Shown here piece by piece: positions 20,958-36,177 of a stretch of DNA of 64,000 bases. Positions within the stretch are counted from its first letter, which is position 1; each line of letters opens with the position of its first letter. This DNA comes from Candidatus Latescibacterota bacterium. Its GTDB lineage: Bacteria > Latescibacterota > UBA2968 > UBA8231. The position numbers and the translations under genes are program-made. The notes beneath the pieces are model-generated. The model saw only the letters and a list, made by a program, of their open reading frames with translations, did not search any database and was not told the origin of the DNA. The DNA is taken from contig CBDCDC010000001.1 in the NCBI GenBank assembly GCA_965215195.1, positions 96,001 through 160,000 on the forward strand. The letters are read 5' to 3'.

Positions 20958-21548
20958 TTAATTGACCGAAGGATCTTCGGGAAATACCGACATAGGGCGA
21001 TATTTGCCCCCCATGGAGTAGAGCACTGCTTGCCAAATGGTTTCGGGCGCGGGGGCGAGGACCAGCTCGGGGTCGCCCGGGGCCAAAAACCAAGTGCCAG
21101 CGCCAATCTCGGATTCGAGCTGGCCTGGCTCCCAGCCGGCATAGCCCAAGTAGAATCGCAGCCGCGGTGCGTCGGCCCGGAGCACCTCGGCTTCGGCGTA
21201 CTGGGTATCGAGGTTGCCGCCCATATAGAGGCCGTCGAGAATTTTCGTACCCCCTTTGACTAGGCCGTCGAGCCGGTGCAAAAAGAAAAGATAGCGCTGG
21301 TGTACTGGCCCGCCCTGATAGAAAATCCGCCCCAACTCCGCACACGCCTCTTCGCTGCCCGCGAGGTGTTGCAGGGACCCGGTCGCATAGCGCCGCACCC
21401 GCTCGCCGAGGGGCCGGTTGATCACCAAGCCCATGGTGAGGTCTGTTTCGCTGTAGTGGGTAATGAGCACGACCGCGCGGTCAAAGGCGAACGATTCGAG
21501 CGCAGGACTAGCAACCAACAGAGTTCCGGTTTGGAGCGGTGCGGGCAT
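20958..21548 (-). CDS. YqgE/AlgH family protein
   Basis: LLVASP..FDRAVV, GLVINRP, GGPV, GYAGWEPGQL, DPSVN end. Confidence 0.92.
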   Translation of the reverse strand: MPAPLQTGTLLVASPALESFAFDRAVVLITHYSETDLTMGLVINRPLGERVRRYATGSLQHLAGSEEACAELGRIFYQGGPVHQRYLFFLHRLDGLVKGGTKILDGLYMGGNLDTQYAEAEVLRADAPRLRFYLGYAGWEPGQLESEIGAGTWFLAPGDPELVLAPAPETIWQAVLYSMGGKYRPMSVFPEDPSVN

Positions 21549-21616
21549 GACAGGTATCAGGTGTGGCGAGTGCCGCTATGGACGATAACAAAGATCGCGC
21601 GGCAAAACAACCTCGC

Positions 21617-22774
21617 TCAAGGGTACGCCAAGTAGCGGCGGCGAATGGCGTCAAAGGCTTGGCACGCCTCGGCCCAAGCGGCCTGTAGCTCGGCGACAGC
21701 CGCGCCCGCGTCGAGTGCGCGGCGGATCTGGTCGGTGCCGGCGAGGCAGTCGAAGTTGTGGATGCCGCCGGTGGGTACGCGCCAAGCGAATTCGCGCGGA
21801 TAGAGGCGACGCACGGCCGCGAGGGCCTCAAAGCCAACGCCCACAGGCTCAAAGGCCATGCGATCGAGGACGTGGACTTGGACGCCTTGGCAGGTTTCGC
21901 CCGCGTACTTGCCGGCCGTCGGCTGGAAAAACACCGGGCGGAAGCCCACCCCGGGCAGCGCTCGGCTGTTGAGCGCGTCGGCTAGGTGCGCCCCGTCGAT
22001 AAACGGCGCGCCAAACTGCTCAAAAGGCTTGGCCGTTCCCCGTCCTTCAGACACGTTGGTCCCCTCGAAAAAGCAGGTTCCCGGATAGATCACGGCCGTC
22101 TGCGGGCTGGGCATGTTGGGCGACGGCGGCACCCACGGCAGGCCGGTGTCCTCCCAGTAAAAAGAGCGCTGCCAGCCCTCCATAGCGACGACGTGCAGGT
22201 CCGCGCCGATTCCGTATTCCTCGTTGAAGAGCCGGGCGAGCTCGCCGATGCTCAGGCCGTAGCGCACCGGGATCGGGTACTGCCCCACGAAAGAGGCAAA
22301 CCCCGGGTCGAGACAATTTCCGGCGATGGCTTGGCCGCCAATGGGGTTGGGGCGGTCGAGGACGAGGAAGGGGATGCCCACTTGGGCACAGGCGGCCATG
22401 CTCAGGCTCATAGTGTAGAGATAGGTGTAAAAGCGCGCGCCGACGTCTTGAATGTCAAAGAGCATCAGCTCGACGCTGGCGAGCATGGCCGCGTTGGGTG
22501 CTCGCACTGGGCCGTAGAGGCTATAGGCCGGTACGCCGGTGCGCTCATCCGTGAAATGGGCGATGCGCTCGCCGTCCTGCGCTGCGCCGCGGATCCCGTG
22601 TTCCGGCCCGTACAAGGCGACGAGCGCACAGAGATCGGACTGGTGCAGCCGGTCGGCTGTGGATTGCAGGCACGCATCAACCCCTGAGTGATTGGTAATC
22701 AGGCCGACGCGCCGGTCGCGGATCAGGTCGCTGGCCGCGAGCAGGCGTTCGCAGCCGAGGACGACGCGGCTCAT
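21617..22774 (-). CDS. DUF1343 / NamZ exo-beta-N-acetylmuramidase
   Basis: GLITNHSG, GPEHGIRG, FDIQDVGARFYTY, LDRPNP, PPSPNMP, SEGRGT; start MSRVVLG overlaps the GT2 stop. Confidence 0.92.
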   Translation of the reverse strand: MSRVVLGCERLLAASDLIRDRRVGLITNHSGVDACLQSTADRLHQSDLCALVALYGPEHGIRGAAQDGERIAHFTDERTGVPAYSLYGPVRAPNAAMLASVELMLFDIQDVGARFYTYLYTMSLSMAACAQVGIPFLVLDRPNPIGGQAIAGNCLDPGFASFVGQYPIPVRYGLSIGELARLFNEEYGIGADLHVVAMEGWQRSFYWEDTGLPWVPPSPNMPSPQTAVIYPGTCFFEGTNVSEGRGTAKPFEQFGAPFIDGAHLADALNSRALPGVGFRPVFFQPTAGKYAGETCQGVQVHVLDRMAFEPVGVGFEALAAVRRLYPREFAWRVPTGGIHNFDCLAGTDQIRRALDAGAAVAELQAAWAEACQAFDAIRRRYLAYP

Positions 22775-23799
22775 GGCTCGGGCACGAGCGCGGAGGTGCG
22801 CTGGACGCGGCGAGCAAGGTACTGGTAGAGGATGCTGCCCGCATAGACGCCATCGCGTGCGACGGATGCGCAGCGGGTGGCTTGGCTCTGACGGCGGCGG
22901 CGATAGATGTTGCGCGGATGCACGAGGCACCAAAGCAAGGCGGCACAAGGAGCTGGGGCGCTGGACCACCGGCCTTGGACGACGTAGTAGAGCGCGGCGA
23001 ACACCTCTAACCACAGGCGCAGGGGCAGCAGCCACAGCAGGCGGCGCAGCCTTTCGTTTTTGCACAGCGTGATGAGGCTGTTGCGGTGGTTGAAGTACGC
23101 CTTGCGGAAGGTGGCCGGAGGCTGGGAAAAGCCCGAGTGGTGCAAGACCACGGATTGCGGCACGGCGCGGATCTGGTAGCCAGCGAGTTGGAGACGCCAG
23201 CACAAGTCGATTTCCTCAAAGTGCATGAAGTACTCGGGGTCGAAAAATCCGACTTGGCGCACCGCAGCGACGCGGAGGAAAAGGGCTGCGCCGCAGGCCC
23301 AAAAGAGCGGTACGGGCGCGTCGTATTGGCCCTCGTCGCGCTCGCAGCGGTCGAAGAGCCGCCCCCGACAAAACGCGTACCCCAAGGCGTCGATATAGCC
23401 GCCGGCGCCGCCGCCGTAGTCGAAGTGCTCGGGTGCGCTGGCCGAGCGCAGCTTGGGCTGGCAGGCCGCGATCCGCGGGTTGCTGTCGGCCATGGCGACG
23501 AGGGGGGCGAGCCAGTTCGGCTCGACGCGCGTGTCGTCGTTGAGCAGCACGGCGTAGCGGGTGTGGGCGGCCGCCAAACCGCGGTTGCAGGCCGCGGCAA
23601 ACCCGAGATTGCGCTCGTTGGTCAAGACCTTTAGCTCGGGAAAGGCGGCTTGGGCCCGCTGCAAGCTCGGCGCGTTGCCACCGTCGTCAACCACGAGCAC
23701 ACAGACGGGATGATCACTGTGGGCATAGACCGCGCCCACGCAGTCGTAGAGCACGTCCGCACGGTAGTGCGGGATGACAATGGTGACGGCCTCAGTCAT
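22771..23799 (-). CDS. Glycosyltransferase family 2
   Basis: VVDDG, NLGFAAACNRG, LLNDD, FMHFEEIDLCWR. Confidence 0.93.
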   Translation of the reverse strand: MTEAVTIVIPHYRADVLYDCVGAVYAHSDHPVCVLVVDDGGNAPSLQRAQAAFPELKVLTNERNLGFAAACNRGLAAAHTRYAVLLNDDTRVEPNWLAPLVAMADSNPRIAACQPKLRSASAPEHFDYGGGAGGYIDALGYAFCRGRLFDRCERDEGQYDAPVPLFWACGAALFLRVAAVRQVGFFDPEYFMHFEEIDLCWRLQLAGYQIRAVPQSVVLHHSGFSQPPATFRKAYFNHRNSLITLCKNERLRRLLWLLPLRLWLEVFAALYYVVQGRWSSAPAPCAALLWCLVHPRNIYRRRRQSQATRCASVARDGVYAGSILYQYLARRVQRTSALVPEP

Positions 23800-26372
23800 G
23801 GAGCGGTGGATTGGCGGAGGATGCGCTCGGCCTCGACCAACTCCGTCCGCTCGCCGTATTGCTCTTTGTACTGCTGGAGAATGGCTAGGGCCCCGGGAAT
23901 ATCGCCCTTGGCTTGGCGGGCGGCCGCCAACTCGTAGTAGCCCTCCCAGCGTTTCGGCGCGAGGGCAATGGCTTGGCGATAGAGGGGCTCAGCGCGATCG
24001 TAGGCCGAGTAGGGTTCTTGGATCAGCACCCCGATCAGGGCGATGATATTGTCGTACGTGGCGGCCGACTCAATGCCCACGCGCTCGATGAGGAACCGAG
24101 CGGCCTCGTAGATGTGCTCGGTCGCTATGTCGTGCTGGCCGAGCTCGCTGAAGTAATCAGCCGCCGCATAGTGGTTTTCCCAGCTCATGTAGATGTTGTC
24201 CCGCGCCCACTGCATGAGCTGCGGCACCTCGGCTCTGCGCCCCTGCTCCTCGTAGCTGCGGGCCAATTGCAAGACGCAAGCCCAGTAGTTGCCCAAGAGG
24301 CGCTCGGAGTTTTCGTCCTTGTACAAGGACGGGTCGGTGAGGCCGCGGAAGCGGTATCGCTCGAGGAGATTGCGCTCTAGGGCCTCGTCATCTACTCCGT
24401 CTGTAGGTTCGGGCGAGGCTTTTACGCTCATGCCGACCATCGTCAGATAGGGGTCGAGGTTGAGCAGGTTGCTGGTGGGAACGGTAATGGCAAAGTGGAT
24501 GGGTTTTTTCCACTCGTTCCAGGCCAGAATTTTGATGACCATGACGTCTTGGACGCGGAGGACCGGGTAATCGAGCGGGGTACTCACTTCCACGTCCATG
24601 CCCAGCTTCTTTAGCTCCGGCGGCACCTTGGGATCGGGCCAGTACCTTTTGTATAAATCGACCATCTGCGTGTCGGTGAGCACCGAGTCGATGAAGTCGT
24701 CGGTGTAGCGGATGTCGATGCGCGGCTCGCGGTCGCGCAGTTGCTTGATGTACCATCCGGTGTTCAACAGGCTCAAGTTGACCACCCGCACATCGCGCCG
24801 CACTCCTTCTACTTCCTGCAAAAACCACAGCGGAAACGTGTCGTTGTCCCCGTTGGTGAACAGGATGGAGCCTTCCTCGCAGCTAGTCAGCATGTTGTAC
24901 GCGTAATCGTAGGCGATAAAGTCGCCCGTGCGGTCTTCCACGTGATAGAGCCGCGCCGCCACCCCGGCCGGCAGCAACAACCCTGCGGCCGCCACCGCTA
25001 CGATGGCCGCCCGATGCCGCCCCCACTGCTGCCGCACGGCCTCCACCACGCCCAGCCAGCCCAACCCCATCCACAGCGCGAACGCCAAGTACATCCCGCC
25101 GAACACGTAGTGCCGCTCGCGCGGCTGCGGGTCCGGCATGTTCAGGTAGAGCGACAGCCCAAACCCCATGATCAAGAACAGCAGCAACACCCCTCCGAAC
25201 CGCCGCCAGTCCTGTCGCCCGTGCCACCACAGCCCCCACAGCCCCAGCCCGTACGGCACCAGCGAAATGGACACCCGGTCCGGCAGGTTTATGGTGGCCT
25301 TGCGGAACTCCACGACCCGCTCCAACAGCGGAAAGGGAAACTGCTGGAAGAAGTACTTCATCTGTTGGTCCCAGAACTGATAGGTGCGGCTCGCCCGCGC
25401 CGTCAGCATGGTAGTAAGCATGCTCTCGGTGCCGTATTGCTCGCGGTTGAGGAACGCCAAGAACGCCGACCAGGTTTCTGGATCGTTCTCGTCGATGGCC
25501 GGATTCAAGCCAGAGCGAATGTACAACGCGCCATACGTGGAATAGCCCAGCGCGAACAGCACGAGGACGCCTAGTAGGAGGACAAACAGCCGTCGGTCGC
25601 GGCCGTGCAGGTACGCCAGCAGCCCAGCCAGCCCCAGCACCATCACCCCATTCGACTGCGCCCCCGGCCCCAATGCCACCAATCCCAGCCCACTGACTAC
25701 GCCCAAGCCGACTAGCAGCACGATCAGCCGTTGCAACTGGCGGTCGGCAAACCACGCCAGCAGCATAAGCGATGGAATCGTCAGCAGGCACAACAGATGC
25801 ACGCCGCCGCCGAGGCCGAACAAATAGGCCAGCACCAACAGCCAGCGGTCGTTGGCCGCCCCAGCGCCGCTGCCTTCCCAGTAGAAAATCAGCCACAGCC
25901 CCAGACAGGTAAACAAAATGGAATAGCCATACACCTCGGCTTCGGAGGCATTGTACCACTGGGTGTAGGAAAACGCCAACGTCAGCGCGGCCACGGCCCC
26001 ACCGGCGAGGACGCCGATGTCGCGGGCGTCGCCCAGCGGTTGCAGGGGCTGGCCGCCCAACGCTCGCCGCCCCAGCGCGACGGTTGATAGATAGACGCAC
26101 CAAATTGCCAGCGCGGAGGTCAGCGCGGACATGAAGTTGACGCGGATGGCAACTTCGCCGATGGGGAACAAGGTGAAGACCCGCCCCAATAGCACGTACA
26201 AAGGAGCCCCCGGCGGATGGGGTACGCCGAGGATATAGGACGTGGCAATGAACTCGCCGCAGTCCCAAAACGACACGGTCGGCGCGAGGGTCTTCACGTA
26301 CACCCCCAACGTCAGCACGAAAATCCCCACCCCGAAAACCCGGTGGATTACAGCGGAATTAGGCATTGGCAA
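23796..26372 (-). CDS. DUF2723 multi-pass membrane protein (GT-C type, TMEM260-like) with C-terminal TPR-like helices
   Basis: TVSFWDCGEF..GVPHPPGAPLY, EAEVY, QPRERHY, FTNGDNDTFPLW. Confidence 0.9.
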   Translation of the reverse strand: MPMPNSAVIHRVFGVGIFVLTLGVYVKTLAPTVSFWDCGEFIATSYILGVPHPPGAPLYVLLGRVFTLFPIGEVAIRVNFMSALTSALAIWCVYLSTVALGRRALGGQPLQPLGDARDIGVLAGGAVAALTLAFSYTQWYNASEAEVYGYSILFTCLGLWLIFYWEGSGAGAANDRWLLVLAYLFGLGGGVHLLCLLTIPSLMLLAWFADRQLQRLIVLLVGLGVVSGLGLVALGPGAQSNGVMVLGLAGLLAYLHGRDRRLFVLLLGVLVLFALGYSTYGALYIRSGLNPAIDENDPETWSAFLAFLNREQYGTESMLTTMLTARASRTYQFWDQQMKYFFQQFPFPLLERVVEFRKATINLPDRVSISLVPYGLGLWGLWWHGRQDWRRFGGVLLLFLIMGFGLSLYLNMPDPQPRERHYVFGGMYLAFALWMGLGWLGVVEAVRQQWGRHRAAIVAVAAAGLLLPAGVAARLYHVEDRTGDFIAYDYAYNMLTSCEEGSILFTNGDNDTFPLWFLQEVEGVRRDVRVVNLSLLNTGWYIKQLRDREPRIDIRYTDDFIDSVLTDTQMVDLYKRYWPDPKVPPELKKLGMDVEVSTPLDYPVLRVQDVMVIKILAWNEWKKPIHFAITVPTSNLLNLDPYLTMVGMSVKASPEPTDGVDDEALERNLLERYRFRGLTDPSLYKDENSERLLGNYWACVLQLARSYEEQGRRAEVPQLMQWARDNIYMSWENHYAAADYFSELGQHDIATEHIYEAARFLIERVGIESAATYDNIIALIGVLIQEPYSAYDRAEPLYRQAIALAPKRWEGYYELAAARQAKGDIPGALAILQQYKEQYGERTELVEAERILRQSTAP

Positions 26373-26492
26373 TAGTCTTAGGTGAATGCGCGGACAAACG
26401 CTCTGTTTATAGTATTATAGCTTAGTACACGACCCCTAAAGTAGGCGACACTCACTTTGAGTACGCCTTTTCTGCTGTTACCGCTGGGTGCG

Positions 26493-26671
26493 GGATCGAG
26501 GGCCAGATGCCCTCGATCCTTGGCCGGCTGAGGGCTGGTGTCGTGTAGTCAAGGTATTATAGTATAGGGGAATTTCGCGGTTAGGAACATTTCGGCTTGA
26601 TCCCTTTCGAGCCGCTTGCCCGGGCGCAGCGTCCGCCGCGCCGAAGCGACGAATCGGCGCGGCGGACGCTG
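26493..26671. repeat. Cluster of inverted repeats
   Basis: Perfect 11-bp stem 26493-26503/26509-26519; 8-bp stem about 26593-26614; perfect 18-bp stem 26627-26644/26654-26671. Confidence 0.8.
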
Positions 26672-26779
26672 GCCTCGCTTGGGGACGAAGCAATCCGTCG
26701 CGCCAGTACCGAGTCTCCTCCGCTCTAAGCAAAATCGCAAGATCGGCCAGATAGTTTCGTCCAGCGGCACCTGCTGCGC

Positions 26780-27429
26780 CTAGCCCACCAATTCGGCCGT
26801 GCCCCAAGTGCTCGGGTCGCGCTCTACGCCCATGTCCGAAGTAGCCGACCAAGACTGGGTGCCGCGATGCGAATCGTGCAACAGGTACGCAAACCCCACC
26901 CGGCTGAATTCCCGCGGCGCAAAACCATTGAGGCCCGCGGCCGGCAGTTTGATCTCTAGCTGATAGCTCCGCTTGAGCCGACGCAAGCCGGTCGCAATCG
27001 AATCTTCCGGGCAGGGCGGTGCTTGTTCGCGGGCGTCCTCAATGGAAGTTTGGCGGGCGATGGGTTGCTTGCCGTCCTTGCCGCTGCCGCCGGGCAAGAC
27101 GTAAAACCGGTGGCAGAAGCGGTTGGCGCGGTGCTCCTTGACGTCGCGGGTGTCGATGAAGAGTTCGAGGCTGTCGCCGGCAGCGGGTTGGAGCGGGTTG
27201 AGCTTGTAGGTCGTCTTGCTCTTGACCTCGCAGGCAAAGTACAGGCCGCTGTCGTCGTAGGCCATATAGACCGCGGCAAAGGGCTGCTGGCCATCGACGG
27301 CCATCAGGTCGGGCACACGCGCTGCGTCGTCCCAATCGCGCAAGTTCCCGTCGATCTTGGGCGGCTTCTGCGGTCGCGGGCAGCGAAAGGAAAACTCGAA
27401 AAAGGCGCGTTGGGGCAGGTGCAACTCGC

Positions 27430-27433
<4 letters not shown>
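26780..27433 (-). CDS. CBM9/DOMON-like protein without signal peptide
   Basis: PPKIDGNLRDW, AYDDSGLYFA, GDSLELFID, YQLEIKLP, PSTWG. Confidence 0.75.
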
Positions 27434-33099
<5,666 letters not shown>

Positions 33100-33138
33100 G
33101 ACTTTGTGTAGCGCACAAGGGGAGGGGAACGGAAACGG

Positions 33139-33169
33139 AAAATATACTATACGGATGTGCAGCGGGCAA
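33139..33169 (-). promoter_or_regulatory. uvrA promoter with candidate LexA box (copy 1 of a 31-bp direct repeat)
   Basis: Minus strand TTGCCC-GCTGCACATCCGTATAG(17)-TATATT. Confidence 0.7.
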
Positions 33170-33216
33170 AAGTAGTGCTTGGTCCTGCCTTCGTGCGCCC
33201 CGTGCCGCAGCGTCCA

Positions 33217-34068
33217 TCACTCAGACCGCAGGCGGTCCAGTTGTTCGCGCAGGCGTCGTGCTTCCTCTTCGGCGGCGAAGCGGGCTGTGCGCTCGGCGGT
33301 GCGCTCACTTTCGGCGGTGAGGCGGGCTGCGCGTTCAGCGATGCGCTCACTTTCGGCGGCGAGGCGGGCTGTGCGTTCAGCGGCGCGCTCACTTTCGGCG
33401 GCGAGGCGGGCTGTGCGTTCGGCGGCGCACTCACTTTCGGCGGCGAGGCGGCCCTCGGCTTCGTCGTCGTGGGTCAGCAGGTAGCGTTGGGCGGCTGGAT
33501 CGTACCAACGGAGCCGACCGTATTCCCAGCAGAGATCTAGCGCCAGTACGCCGCTGTGGCCCCAGTGCCTATCAGAGTTGCTCCGGGTAATGGGGATGGG
33601 GTGGTACAGGCCGTCGATTAAGCGGTCGCCGGCCAAGTGCGCTTGGTGGTACTCGCCGCCTGTTGGATCAAACCGCCAGTATTCCGGGACGCCATACGTG
33701 GCGTAGCCAGTGCGTTTGCTTGTGTCGTCGCGCTGCCCTGTCGTGTGTGACGCGATTTCCAAAACGAAGTCCGGGGGCTTGCCTTGGTACTCGATGGCGT
33801 AGCCGCGTTGGGCGAGGAGGGCGTCCCGGTCAATGTCGAAGGCGATAAGCAGGTCGGGAACCAGTAGTCCCTCCCGCTGGCCGGTAGTCCAGCCGATGGG
33901 GGCTTCGCTAATGACGATGGTGGTGTCGGGCGCACCCAAGTAGCGGATAAGGGCCGGCAGATAGCCGGGGCTGTGGAGATAGAGGGCATTCTGCATGTCG
34001 TCCCTCGGCGGATAGGCTGGGAAGGAGTTGAGCGGCGACGGCAGGGGGGTAATCGGTTCGGTAGGCAT
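33217..34068 (-). CDS. Uma2 (DUF820) endonuclease-like protein with coiled-coil tail
   Basis: VPDLLIA, PPDFVLEIAS, K..Y...GVPEYWRFDP. Confidence 0.9.
   Translation of the reverse strand: MPTEPITPLPSPLNSFPAYPPRDDMQNALYLHSPGYLPALIRYLGAPDTTIVISEAPIGWTTGQREGLLVPDLLIAFDIDRDALLAQRGYAIEYQGKPPDFVLEIASHTTGQRDDTSKRTGYATYGVPEYWRFDPTGGEYHQAHLAGDRLIDGLYHPIPITRSNSDRHWGHSGVLALDLCWEYGRLRWYDPAAQRYLLTHDDEAEGRLAAESECAAERTARLAAESERAAERTARLAAESERIAERAARLTAESERTAERTARFAAEEEARRLREQLDRLRSE
33268..33451. repeat. 42-bp tandem repeat, about 4.4 units, encoding AERTARLAAESERx
   Basis: Units start at 33268, 33310, 33352, 33394, 33436. Confidence 0.95.
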
Positions 34069-34119
34069 CGCGGGCCTCGGGGGAAGGGCGCTAAGACTTG
34101 TAGCGCGTAAGGGGAATCA

Positions 34120-34150
34120 AAAATATACTATACGGATGTGCAGCAGGCAA
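34120..34150 (-). promoter_or_regulatory. Duplicate of the uvrA promoter upstream of Uma2 (copy 2)
   Basis: AAAATATACTATACGGATGTGCAGCAGGCAA, 30/31 identical to 33139-33169. Confidence 0.8.
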
Positions 34151-34188
34151 GCGGTGGAGCGTGGGGGTTTTAGCGATGCGTTGAGCTT

Positions 34189-34380
34189 CTAATCGTCGTC
34201 CGAGTCGCCGATTGCAAAGTGAGTCTCGAGGCCGAGGAGGAAACTTCAGATGGGTGAGGAACCATTCTGTCCCGGCACCGCGTTCTGAGTTCCCGACGTG
34301 ATCGGCGGCGTTCAGATGGCGGTGAATTTTTTTAACTTCCGCTCCGTGCTAGCGGGAATGCCCTGCCAGACTTCCCTCAG
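34189..34380 (-). pseudogene. Frameshifted 3' remnant resembling a T5orf172/GIY-YIG-like domain
   Basis: EVKKIHRHLNAADHVGNSERGAGTEWFLTHLKF in one frame; E..IH..L....G.EWF pattern. Confidence 0.4.
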
Positions 34381-34384
34381 CGTA

Positions 34385-35164
34385 TCAGCCATTTTCCGTG
34401 AATATGTTTTGACGATGATAATGGAGAAAGGCCTCATCTGGCCGAAATTTATCAGGTAACTCTATCAACTTTCCATCATAGCTTTTCAAAGCAGTCGCAA
34501 CAAAATCATCACTCACCCTAAATTCCTTCTTTGACACCCGAACAGTCATATCCTCATTTATCGTGATCATGCCAAGATCAAACGCCTTGTCGTGGAGGAC
34601 GGACAAGGCCAACCCATTCCTTGGGTTGAGTCTATTCGCTGAATCAATACGCCACGGCACAATATGGCTGGCTACTAAGAGTTGCGGAATGGAAAGACCA
34701 GTGATACAGCACCTATAGTTATAGGCACTCAGCACTGAGTTCCTAAAAAAACTCTGGCCCATCCGTGCTTTGTTTTGAACGATCTTCTCCGTGCCACTGT
34801 AATTTTGATATTCAGGTGCGCTTTCGTCGTCCGAATCAGACGACTCGCTGTCTCGCAGAATAGAATTTATAGCACCTGCTGAATCTATCGCAAAGTCTTC
34901 CCAATTATCTTTCATCTCTTTCCACATTTTTCTATCCGCAGTAGATGCACCTGGCAACCCTTTGCGGCCAGTCGAGGTTATCGCCGGATCAAGACTCGCT
35001 ATATTCGATAATTTCATTGCCAGGGCAGACGGCGTTCTCCCAATGAGTTCAGCGAATTTAATGATTTTTGGATTTCGCGCATGGAATTTGCCGAATGGCA
35101 TTTGACAGTACAGTCCGAATGCTACGAGCAACTCCTGTCGCTTCCATCCTCTCCCACTAGACAT
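34385..35164 (-). CDS. HNH endonuclease (putative restriction/defence)
   Basis: RMGQSFFRNSVLSAYNYRCCITG, ASHIVPW, NGLALSVLHDKAFDLG; low GC. Confidence 0.9.
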   Translation of the reverse strand: MSSGRGWKRQELLVAFGLYCQMPFGKFHARNPKIIKFAELIGRTPSALAMKLSNIASLDPAITSTGRKGLPGASTADRKMWKEMKDNWEDFAIDSAGAINSILRDSESSDSDDESAPEYQNYSGTEKIVQNKARMGQSFFRNSVLSAYNYRCCITGLSIPQLLVASHIVPWRIDSANRLNPRNGLALSVLHDKAFDLGMITINEDMTVRVSKKEFRVSDDFVATALKSYDGKLIELPDKFRPDEAFLHYHRQNIFTENG

Positions 35165-35376
35165 TGCGATCTCCTTGGACTTTGGCTTCTGCTACGTTAG
35201 CGTCCACTTGTGCTGCGGCGGAGCCGATGGCAAGGCCCTACGTGAAATATACGAACCGCTAAACCCCGTCAAGCACGCTCCGCGCCCTCGCTTGACGCCC
35301 CGTTTTCACCTGCCTATACTAGCCCCTCGGTAATCCAGTAAAATCAATTGTTTATCACCCAAGAGGAGTTGCTAAA

Positions 35377-36177
35377 ATGATTCATTTAGGGGCCAATTCA
35401 GTGCTCTTTGCAGGATTCGATCTGGAAACGGCGATGCGCCATATTCACCTCGCTGGCTACGACGGCGTCGAGCTTTCGGCCATCAAGGGCATGTGCGAAC
35501 ACTTGCAGTTGGACAACTGGCAGGCGCAGGCCAACCAAATCAAAGAGCTAGCGGAAGAATACGAGCTAAAATTGCTGGCTATGGAAGAAGCCGCGCTCGA
35601 CGAAGAGCGCCTGATGCTGGCGTTTGCGGCGGGCGCTGAAATTGGCATTCCCGTCGTCAACGTCGGCCCGGGGGGCCAAAGCGATGTGGAGGAAAATTTC
35701 GACCGGCAGGTCGCGCTGCTGGCCAAAATGGCCGATAGGGCGCACGAACACGGGGTGACCCTGTGCGCCAAGGCGCACGTGGGGCAGTGCATCTACGATA
35801 CGCCGACCACGTTGCGGGCGATGGAGCGGATCGACTCGCCGGGGTTTGGGGTGGATATGGATCCGAGCCACATCCATCGGGCGGGGGAGAATGCGGTAGA
35901 GGCCCTAGCGGCGGTTATCTCGCGAGTCAAGCACGTGCATATTCGGGATTGCGCCGTGGCAGAAGGCGGGCCGGGTGCGCCGGAGTTGCAAGCGTGTGGG
36001 CGGGGCAATATCGATTTGTTCGGGTACGTCAAGGTGTTGCACGAATCGGGACTAGACGTGGCGGCCAGCTTGGAAGTGATTGGCGCCAAGGAGTACAGCT
36101 TGGGACAGGTGGCGACGATTGCAGCGGAGAGCCGGGGGTATTTGAACGCCTGTTTGCGAGCTTGCGGTGCCCGTTAA
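35377..36177 (+). CDS. Sugar phosphate isomerase/epimerase (TIM barrel)
   Basis: AGYDGVEL, DMDPSH, HVHIRD, GRGNID, SLE; upstream TTGACG-17-TATACT. Confidence 0.87.
   Translation: MIHLGANSVLFAGFDLETAMRHIHLAGYDGVELSAIKGMCEHLQLDNWQAQANQIKELAEEYELKLLAMEEAALDEERLMLAFAAGAEIGIPVVNVGPGGQSDVEENFDRQVALLAKMADRAHEHGVTLCAKAHVGQCIYDTPTTLRAMERIDSPGFGVDMDPSHIHRAGENAVEALAAVISRVKHVHIRDCAVAEGGPGAPELQACGRGNIDLFGYVKVLHESGLDVAASLEVIGAKEYSLGQVATIAAESRGYLNACLRACGAR

Noticed and set aside
20940-20960. Cys-Sec readthrough at the PhyH C-terminus (TGC TGA)
   Set aside because: Readthrough would run antisense into YqgE and no SECIS-like hairpin is evident; treated as a normal stop.
21617-23203. 528-aa ORF as listed in the track
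   Set aside because: The first 142 aa overlap GT2 out of frame; the real start is 22774.
33268-33451. 42-bp repeats as a CRISPR array
   Set aside because: Contiguous, no unique spacers, in-frame coiled-coil coding, no cas genes.
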